A stretch of DNA of 64,000 nucleotides from Flavobacteriales bacterium. GTDB lineage: Bacteria > Bacteroidota > Bacteroidia > Flavobacteriales_F > PHOS-HE28. Both the position numbers and the translations under genes were made by a program. Below the pieces are notes generated by a model. The model did no database searches. It was given only the letters and a program-made list of their open reading frames with translations, and was not told the origin of the DNA. Of this stretch, positions 57,363-64,000 are shown piece after piece; the stretch's first letter is position 1; the number at the start of each line of letters is the position of its first letter. The stretch covers positions 4,472 to 68,471 of the forward strand of contig JAHBUL010000014.1 in the NCBI GenBank assembly GCA_019638085.1, given 5' to 3'.

Positions 57363-58715
57363 ATGGAACACACTTATCCTACATCCGTCAGGAAATTCGC
57401 CATCAAGTCCCGCCATGCGGTCTTTCTTCTAGCCCTTGGGGCCGTCTGCGTCGCACTTCCTTCCAATGCCGCCGATTCCCTGCACGTCACCGTGCAAGTG
57501 AGCAACTACAGCGGTTACCAGGTCAGCTGCTTCGGCATGAAGGATGGCTGGATCGACCTGACCGTGACCGGCGGCGAGGCGCCATATACCTTCAAGTGGA
57601 GCAATGGGTCCGGCGCGGAAGACCAAACCGGACTGGCACCCGGCTATTACAAGGTGGACGTGATGGACCAGGCAGAGCAACTACGCACCTTGGAATTGAC
57701 CTTGGAGCAGCCCCTGCCGATGAAGTTGGACGTGGACCTGTATGAATACCCCAACGGATACAACGTGAGCTGTTACGATTGCTTCAATGGCAACGCTGCG
57801 GTGGTGATGCTCGGGGGAGCGGCCCCGTTCACGGTGACATGGAGCGACGGGCCGGTCGGAGCCGTACGGTATAACCTCGGCCCCAAGGACTATAAGATCA
57901 CCGTGGCCGATGCCAACGGCTGCGAGGGAGCCAACACCACCATTATCCTGCGTGGACCGGACCGCAGCGACTGGAGCATGGGCGGCAATGCCAACACCAC
58001 GCCGGGGCCGCACTTTATCGGCACGCCGGACAACAAGGACGTCGTCTTCAAAAGCAATGGGCAGGAACGGCTCCGGTTGAAGAGCAACGGCGAGATCGGC
58101 CTCTGGGGTGCTGACACCACATTCGGGCCGCTCTATCGCGACCTCGACGGGACACTGAAGATCGGTGGAGGGCCTGACCTTCCGGTACTGGACCGCTGCT
58201 CCCCGCTGGTCTATACTCCGTTCTGGAAAACAACGGGCAACTTCCTTGCACCGTGCCCCGGAGACCCGCTCCCGAAGCTCGGGACCTTGAACGATGCCAA
58301 CCTGCGGATCGTCACCAATGGGCAGACCCGCATCTTCATCAATGCCGACGGCCGTGTAGGGGTGGGCACTACGCCGCCACAGGGTCCGCCAGGCAATTAC
58401 CGCCTCTTCGTGGAGAACGGCATCGCCACGCGCGATGTGCTGGTGAAGCACGGCACCTGGCCGGATTTCGTCTTCCAGCCCGGCCATGCCTTGATGCCCT
58501 TGCCGGAACTCCGCGCCTATCTCCAGGCGAACCGGCACTTGCCGGGCCTGCCTTCGGCTGCACAAGTAGAAGCCCGGCAAGGCGTGGAGCTGGGAGACAT
58601 GCAGCGTAAACTGGTGCAGGTGGTGGAGGAACAGGCCCTCTACATCCTGCAGTTGGAGGAACAGCAGGCCCGATTGGTGCGCAGACTTGATGCTTTGGAG
58701 CACGCCCAACACTGA
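57363..58715 (+). CDS. Secreted tail-fibre-like protein containing SprB-type repeats and a conserved C-terminal phage-tail-fibre/intramolecular-chaperone-like coiled-coil domain
   Basis: Signal peptide. SprB repeats are present (CFGMKDGWIDLTVTGGEAPYTFKWSNG; CYDCFNGNAAVVMLGGAAPFTVTWSDG). The C-terminal block WPDFVFQPGHALMPLPELRAYLQANRHLPGLPSAAQVE...GVELGDMQRKLVQVVEEQALYILQLEEQQARL fits the Bacteroidota 'tail fiber domain-containing protein' C-terminal consensus. Confidence 0.6.
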   Translation: MEHTYPTSVRKFAIKSRHAVFLLALGAVCVALPSNAADSLHVTVQVSNYSGYQVSCFGMKDGWIDLTVTGGEAPYTFKWSNGSGAEDQTGLAPGYYKVDVMDQAEQLRTLELTLEQPLPMKLDVDLYEYPNGYNVSCYDCFNGNAAVVMLGGAAPFTVTWSDGPVGAVRYNLGPKDYKITVADANGCEGANTTIILRGPDRSDWSMGGNANTTPGPHFIGTPDNKDVVFKSNGQERLRLKSNGEIGLWGADTTFGPLYRDLDGTLKIGGGPDLPVLDRCSPLVYTPFWKTTGNFLAPCPGDPLPKLGTLNDANLRIVTNGQTRIFINADGRVGVGTTPPQGPPGNYRLFVENGIATRDVLVKHGTWPDFVFQPGHALMPLPELRAYLQANRHLPGLPSAAQVEARQGVELGDMQRKLVQVVEEQALYILQLEEQQARLVRRLDALEHAQH

Positions 58716-58719
58716 GGCC

Positions 58720-61695
58720 ATGCGGACTTGCACCCCTTTGCTCCAAGCAGCACTGCTCACGCTGCTCCTGTCTTGCCCGGTGATGGGACAAGTGGCCTAC
58801 CCGCCTCATGTGGTGCAGAATGTGAACTGGACCAGCGGCACGCACCATGTGGGCGTGTCCCCGCAACTGCTTTCCCCTGGTTCGCCAGGCCAGCCCGTGA
58901 CCATCAGTGGAGATGCCGTAGGCGAATTCGTTTCCGGCACCGCCGTGCGGTTGGCCAAGGGGTTCCATGCGGGCACCTTCACCGGGAACGGATATTTCCA
59001 TGCCTGGATTGACGAGAGCCTTGCGCCCGGCCCTGTCGCAGTGATCGCACCTGACCCCGACACCCACGTGCAGGGCAATGTGCTGCACGTGAACAAATGG
59101 GAAAAGCTGGAGATCGGGCTGCAATTGCCGCAGGACTACCAGGATGCCATCGACCGCTTCTTCGCGCATTACTATGCCGACCCGAACGACCCGTATGTAG
59201 CCACGCCCGGCAACGTGGACCCCGCGCACGACCTGAACCCCTACGCGGATGATTCGCTTCAATTGGTGATGACCCTCACCCGGCCCGATGGTTCGCAAAC
59301 ACTCAAATGGGGCTTCTTCATGCGGGAGGCGGAGTGGGGGAGCAATGCCCCAGCCGCCCTCCTAGTGGCGAACACCGATGGCCCGCTCCATCCCTATCAC
59401 ATCCGCTTCCGTATGGCACCGGACATGGAAGGGGAATGGCAGTTCACCCTCTCCATCACTGCCCCGCATACGTTTGACCTGGCCGGTGCCCCATTGGCCC
59501 CGTTGCAGTTCACGGGCTACGCCTTCACTTGCGACCCGCCGCTGCCGGACAATCACGGCCCCCTGCGCGTGAACGAAGCGAACCGGCGCACCTTGCAATT
59601 TGAAGATGGCACAGCATTCTTTGGCTTGGGCACGAACATGGCCGACACACGTATTTCAACGCCGGGAGTGCGTACCTTTTGCCAACGTGATTTCTACTAC
59701 ATGCAGGAAGCTATGGAGGATCTACATGAAGTGGGGGGCAACTTCATGCGTATGTATTTAATGCGGAACATCTTTGCACCTGAATGGGTGAACCTTGGCA
59801 TATATGATGCCTTCAAATCACCGGATCCATGCAGCATGCCATCGGCAACACCAACGGTATGGGGCAACTGCCAATATCAATGTTGGGCGTTTGATCAATT
59901 CCTTGACAAAGCCCGAGCAAGCAACATTTATGTTCAACTTTGCATCGACCCTTATCCTCCGATAACGGTTTATGAGAACTTTATATGGGGAAACCATGCT
60001 TACATGATTAATTTCGTGGAGCCGTACCCACAGGCACCGCCCATGAACAAATATGATCTGAAGCGGTTTTTCTTCAAGGATGGAGATCCTGCACAAACCG
60101 CGAGTGGCGTATTCTACTACTGGAAGCGCAAGTACAAGTACATAATGTCCCGTTGGGGATACTCGGTGAACATAGCGGCCATCGAACCATTCAACGAGAT
60201 CGACCAGATGCTCTCTTATCAGACGGTTACAATGGACGCGATCTGCGATGAGAACGATGGGACATGGAATACCGATCCTGCCCTGCCAGCCACCATCAAC
60301 CAATGGATAACGGACATCGCGGAGTACGTGAGAGGGCCAGTGGACCTGGACAATCCCGTGACCTCGCCACTAGGCGAGGACAAGAAGCTCTTTCTAATGA
60401 GCTATACCGATGCGGCCTCGGCAACCGACACAGAGCATTATCTGCACCTTACCAACCCACAGGTGGACTTGATGAGCGTACACAAGTACGCATGGCCCAA
60501 CCCGCAATACGATCAGGGCCAGCCCGACTCCTGGATGAAATATGCCTTCGACCATGTGCAGGACTTTTGGAGTGCATACCCCTCCAATAACGCCCCGCTG
60601 AACGAACGCAAGCCATTCACCCAGGGGGAGATGAACTATTGGAATGAAATGCAGGTCGGTGGCTGGAAGAACCACATTGAAAAAATTTTCCACAACTACG
60701 ATGTCTCCTTCCACAACGAGCTGTGGTCATCCGCCTTCAGTGGCAAGTTCGCTGCGGGCACCACCTGGCTCTGGGAAAGGGTCTTTTGGTGGCCTGATGC
60801 GTTGCCGCAGCCGCCAAATGATCTAGGCAATGAACACCAACAGATAAATTTCTCGAATGTTCTGGGTGCTACCAATACATTAGACATTGGTATTCCGGAT
60901 ACCCCAATTCCCGTCGTCAACAGAAAGCTGCACCATCACTTCCGACCGCTTGCCGATCTGCTGGCACACCCCAGTTGGCAGGGCTACGACTTCTTCAATG
61001 GCGACTACACCGCGCACAAGGTGTTTGATGAAACCGGTGTGAACGAGCTGGAGGCCTACTACCTGAAGGATGTGACCAACACCGTGGCCATCGGTTGGGT
61101 ACACAATCGCAACGCCTGGGTGATGAACAGCTATTATGTGACAAGCAGCGTTCAGAATTTCCTCGACTGCGACGCGCCAAGCGGGCAGTCCATCGCCCTT
61201 TCTGGTTTCGAGCCGCAAGCGGATTATTTCGTCACTTGGTTCCCCACGCGCACGAACAGCACGGTGCATCCGCCGGGCATGCAAGTGGCATCAGACGGTA
61301 CAGGTAGCATTACGCTAGACCTCACCGACCAGTTCGGCGGCACGTACGGCAACTACTTGGATACCCTTCGCGCCGACTACGCCTTCATCATCACTCCGGA
61401 GCCGTTCGTGAAGAGCCTGCCGGTACCTCACATGAGCGAGAAACCGCTCATAGAGCCTGGTTGGGACTTCACCATCTACCCCAATCCGGCACGAGATGAA
61501 CTGTTCCTTCGGCTGCCGGATGATGCACCTACGGACATGATCCTTCACGACCTTGCCGGAAGGCAGATATACGCGCGAAGCCGTGTTAGCGGCCCATTAC
61601 TGCGTCTTCCCATCAGTCAGTTGGCCAGCGGCGTGTATTTCATCCGGGTCTCTGATGGCGTCAACTCGAAGGTGAAAAAACTGATCATCCACTGA
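58720..61695 (+). CDS. Large secreted protein with a T9SS C-terminal sorting domain; the central region is possibly a TIM-barrel glycoside-hydrolase-like domain (uncertain)
   Basis: Signal peptide MRTCTPLLQAALLTLLLSCPVMGQ. The C-terminus (IYPNPARDELFLRL...LASGVYFIRVSDG...KKLIIH) is a T9SS type-A C-terminal domain. The central part carries a Trp/Tyr-rich carbohydrate-active-like region. Confidence 0.55.
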   Translation: MRTCTPLLQAALLTLLLSCPVMGQVAYPPHVVQNVNWTSGTHHVGVSPQLLSPGSPGQPVTISGDAVGEFVSGTAVRLAKGFHAGTFTGNGYFHAWIDESLAPGPVAVIAPDPDTHVQGNVLHVNKWEKLEIGLQLPQDYQDAIDRFFAHYYADPNDPYVATPGNVDPAHDLNPYADDSLQLVMTLTRPDGSQTLKWGFFMREAEWGSNAPAALLVANTDGPLHPYHIRFRMAPDMEGEWQFTLSITAPHTFDLAGAPLAPLQFTGYAFTCDPPLPDNHGPLRVNEANRRTLQFEDGTAFFGLGTNMADTRISTPGVRTFCQRDFYYMQEAMEDLHEVGGNFMRMYLMRNIFAPEWVNLGIYDAFKSPDPCSMPSATPTVWGNCQYQCWAFDQFLDKARASNIYVQLCIDPYPPITVYENFIWGNHAYMINFVEPYPQAPPMNKYDLKRFFFKDGDPAQTASGVFYYWKRKYKYIMSRWGYSVNIAAIEPFNEIDQMLSYQTVTMDAICDENDGTWNTDPALPATINQWITDIAEYVRGPVDLDNPVTSPLGEDKKLFLMSYTDAASATDTEHYLHLTNPQVDLMSVHKYAWPNPQYDQGQPDSWMKYAFDHVQDFWSAYPSNNAPLNERKPFTQGEMNYWNEMQVGGWKNHIEKIFHNYDVSFHNELWSSAFSGKFAAGTTWLWERVFWWPDALPQPPNDLGNEHQQINFSNVLGATNTLDIGIPDTPIPVVNRKLHHHFRPLADLLAHPSWQGYDFFNGDYTAHKVFDETGVNELEAYYLKDVTNTVAIGWVHNRNAWVMNSYYVTSSVQNFLDCDAPSGQSIALSGFEPQADYFVTWFPTRTNSTVHPPGMQVASDGTGSITLDLTDQFGGTYGNYLDTLRADYAFIITPEPFVKSLPVPHMSEKPLIEPGWDFTIYPNPARDELFLRLPDDAPTDMILHDLAGRQIYARSRVSGPLLRLPISQLASGVYFIRVSDGVNSKVKKLIIH

Positions 61696-61698
61696 GCC

Positions 61699-63309
61699 AT
61701 GATGAGATTGACACTCATTCTCTTGTTTTGCATTCAGTTGGGCTGTGTCCTAGCGCAACCTAGCTATGAAAAAATATATTCGGGGGGTGCAGCCGGAAAA
61801 TTCAACTTAATCGAACTGGGTAGCGGGAATATCATGACCATATTAGTGAATTCATCGAGTGTCAATATCACTGGAACATCAATCGCTGATAGCGAAGGTT
61901 TGATCATACATAGCCATGCCTATACTATTGATACATTTTTGGTGATGCAATCTGTGAAGCGATATGCGGCTAACGAATTCTATTTTGCAGGTGGCTACTG
62001 GAAGGATAGTTGTATGTCCACGGGGACCAGGAGAACATACCCCGTGATTGGCCGGATGGATTCTTTAGGCAACATCCTGTCTGTTCAGCATTATGCGCTA
62101 AATGCACCGGAGTGCTCCAATATGGCGGGTGATCTCCATGTATTAAGTGGGGGTGGCGTTATCGCTTGGGGTACTCGTGACTATAGATTCTTCGCACTGA
62201 AGGTTGATGCCGCTGGGGAGCCGGCATGGGCCAAACGCTTCAGTCATAAAGCCGCTTTCCAGTTCATCAAAGAGCTGCCCGGCGGCGATCTGCTGGCAGG
62301 CATCAACATGGACACGGCCGGGGCGGTGGTGGCGCGCATGGACGCCGAAGGCAATTTCCTTTGGTGCAAGAGCTACATACGTCCCAGAGGGATGGTCCAC
62401 GATGCGGTGATCGAATCCGATGATTCGTTCATCATCACCGGTTTTACGGACAGCACGGCTTCCACCAACTCGCTCCAGCCGTACCCTCCTTCGTACCACC
62501 CGCATCTGTTCATGATGAAGCTGAATGGGGAGGGGGAGGTGCAGTGGTGCAAAGGATATGACAGCGAACCGAATCTATGGTATTCACGCAATCCATCACG
62601 TATCGTCAGATCCCTTGATGGCAACTATGCCGTGTTGGCAACTTTAGGCCAACCGCAGCACAACTTCCCACTCCGGCCCTTCCTGATGAAGACCGATCTG
62701 AACGGCGACACGCTTTGGACCCGCTCGGTAGGCGCGAACGATTATGCCTATTCCACCATGGACCTGCTGGCCCATTCGGACGGGGGCTACGTGATGAGTG
62801 GCAGTATCTTGGGGAATCTCCCTGCTATGCAAACCGGATTGCCGTACATCTTCAAGGCGGATTCCTTGGGGCACTTTTCCTGCCAAGATCAGGCGCACCC
62901 CGTTCAGGTGCTGGACCTCTTCCCCACCGACAGTAGCTTCGTGCTCACCTCGGTGGATGGTGCCACGGTTCACCCCGCCTTCGTGAACGATACCCTTTTT
63001 GATCCCATCGCCGTGTACGATGCCTGTATCGTCACCAGTGTCCCCGCTCCCTTGCAGAGCAAAGCACGCAGGGTGAGTATCCGCCCCAACCCTACCACGG
63101 GAAGCTTCACCGTAGAGTTCACCGATCCGCTTGCAGCGGACAGCTTCTATTCCGTGTATGATGCCGTGGGCAAGCTGCTCTTCCAGCGGCCGTTGGCCAC
63201 GGGGCAGGAGAGCGAGGAAATCGACCTTTCCCGCTTCGGGAAAGGCACTTATCTGGTGCGCATCACCAGTCGGGTCGGGGTTTGCAATGAGCGGGTGGTG
63301 GTGCAATGA
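61699..63309 (+). CDS. Secreted repeat (beta-propeller-like) protein with a T9SS C-terminal sorting domain
   Basis: Signal peptide MMRLTLILLFCIQLGCVLAQ. Recurrent ~45-aa units of G..W.K.Y...D character are present. The C-terminus (VSIRPNPTTGSFTVEF...GKGTYLVRITS...ERVVVQ) is a T9SS C-terminal domain. Confidence 0.55.
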   Translation: MMRLTLILLFCIQLGCVLAQPSYEKIYSGGAAGKFNLIELGSGNIMTILVNSSSVNITGTSIADSEGLIIHSHAYTIDTFLVMQSVKRYAANEFYFAGGYWKDSCMSTGTRRTYPVIGRMDSLGNILSVQHYALNAPECSNMAGDLHVLSGGGVIAWGTRDYRFFALKVDAAGEPAWAKRFSHKAAFQFIKELPGGDLLAGINMDTAGAVVARMDAEGNFLWCKSYIRPRGMVHDAVIESDDSFIITGFTDSTASTNSLQPYPPSYHPHLFMMKLNGEGEVQWCKGYDSEPNLWYSRNPSRIVRSLDGNYAVLATLGQPQHNFPLRPFLMKTDLNGDTLWTRSVGANDYAYSTMDLLAHSDGGYVMSGSILGNLPAMQTGLPYIFKADSLGHFSCQDQAHPVQVLDLFPTDSSFVLTSVDGATVHPAFVNDTLFDPIAVYDACIVTSVPAPLQSKARRVSIRPNPTTGSFTVEFTDPLAADSFYSVYDAVGKLLFQRPLATGQESEEIDLSRFGKGTYLVRITSRVGVCNERVVVQ

Positions 63310-63346
63310 AGCGCATTGGGCGTACGATCACCACTGCCTCCCTCCC

Positions 63347-64000
63347 TCACGCCGCACTGGTCGCCACCGCCCGGTCCACCTTCTTGAACAGGCCTTGCAG
63401 CACGTTGCCGGGGCCGCATTCGATGATGTGGTCGGCGCCGTCGGCGAGCATGTTGCGCATGATCTGCGTCCAGCGCACAGGGGCGGTAAGCTGAGCGATC
63501 AAGTTGGCCTTGATGCGGGCGGGATCCTTGCGGCCAATGGCATCCACGTTCTGGTAGATGGGGCAGCGCGGGTCAACGATCGGTGTGAAGGCGATGGCCG
63601 TAGCAAGCTCCGCGCGTGCGGGTTCCATCAACGGGCTGTGGAAAGCACCACCGACCGGCAATATCAAGGCACGTTTCGCACCGGCTGCTTTCAGTGCCTC
63701 GCAGGCCTCATTCACGGCTTCCAGCGTACCGCTGATGACCAACTGGCCGGGGCAGTTGTAGTTGGCCGGCACTACGATGCCGGATATGGATGCACAGATC
63801 TCCTCCACTTTTTCATCCTCCATACCCAGGATGGCGGCCATCGTACCGGGCCGGGCCTCACAGGCCTTTTGCATCGCGTTCGCCCGCGCGGCCACAAGCT
63901 TCAAACCATCGCTGAACTCCATGGCACCTGCTGCCACCAACGCACTGAACTCTCCGAGGGAATGCCCGGCAACCATGTCCGGTTGGAAAGCATCACCCAT
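63347..64000 (-). CDS. fabD: Malonyl-CoA:ACP transacylase, C-terminal ~217 codons; the N-terminus lies beyond the window end
   Basis: Active-site GHSLGEFSAL and ...GPGNVL. The M at 64000 in the ORF track coincides with the window edge, and the family needs ~80 more N-terminal residues. Confidence 0.9.
   Translation of the reverse strand: MGDAFQPDMVAGHSLGEFSALVAAGAMEFSDGLKLVAARANAMQKACEARPGTMAAILGMEDEKVEEICASISGIVVPANYNCPGQLVISGTLEAVNEACEALKAAGAKRALILPVGGAFHSPLMEPARAELATAIAFTPIVDPRCPIYQNVDAIGRKDPARIKANLIAQLTAPVRWTQIMRNMLADGADHIIECGPGNVLQGLFKKVDRAVATSAA

Noticed and set aside
1-64000. Scan for CRISPR arrays, rRNA, tRNA, transposases/integrases and defense-system genes
   Set aside because: No regularly spaced repeat arrays and no products with nuclease, helicase, integrase or transposase signatures among the translated ORFs. 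The window is core metabolic, envelope, heme and T9SS content.

Overview
This is high-GC (~60%) Bacteroidota chromosomal DNA from a gliding organism with a type IX secretion system (T9SS), inferred from gldB-gldC, SprB-type repeats and several T9SS C-terminal sorting domains. Gene density is high and I found no rRNA, tRNA, CRISPR or transposase genes. Calls rest on by-eye motif matching of the supplied translations; no searches were run.

Content from 5' to 3':
- 1-1832 (-): N-terminal 610 codons of a giant SprB-repeat surface protein that runs off the window start.
- 1972-3700: a membrane fatty-acid desaturase divergently paired with an RRM/RGG RNA-binding protein.
- 3871-6360 (+): CarbopepD-type outer-membrane beta-barrel protein.
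- 6551-14981 (-): a seven-gene heme-acquisition operon, the most interesting region. In transcription order: a T9SS-sorted HmuY-like protein, HmuT, HmuU, HmuV, HemS/ChuS, a TonB-dependent receptor, and a HmuY-like lipoprotein. A two-component system lies divergent to it (15156-17217).
- 17353-17808 (-): GatB/YqeY.
- 17955-33880 (-): a complete dcw cell-division/cell-wall cluster, mraZ-rsmH-ftsL-ftsI-murE-mraY-murD-[orphan MurD C-terminal-domain paralog]-ftsW-murG-murC-ftsQ-ftsA-ftsZ. murF and ddl are absent. Upstream sit three 10-bp-phased GTGGGG repeats (MraZ-operator-like) and a Bacteroidota -7 box.
- 34238-38238: alpha/beta hydrolase, engB bracketed by a short GTTGTCAGTTGCC-type repeat family, gldC-gldB, and a small outer-membrane beta-barrel protein.
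- 38337-42636: nadE, a ~370-bp lower-GC insert carrying a small membrane-protein ORF and flanked by 51-bp direct repeats of the korB 3' end, then korB-korA.
- 42813-46465: e(P4)-type acid phosphatase-dtd-MazG-like operon, waaA, and a hypothetical signal-peptide protein.
- 46616-56969: a nucleotide-sugar/O-antigen-type cluster (DegT aminotransferase, ugd, UDP-xylose synthase, WbpD/WbpB/WbpA-like, rfbB, CpsB-like phosphatase), interrupted by an MqnA/NMT1-like gene and a LysE exporter.
- 57363-63309: a tail-fibre-like SprB-repeat protein followed by two T9SS-sorted secreted proteins, each containing a lower-GC tract (~59.78-60.18 kb and ~61.70-62.10 kb).
- 63347-64000 (-): partial fabD.

The ORF track renders GTG/TTG starts as M, so several starts were moved to internal ATGs.
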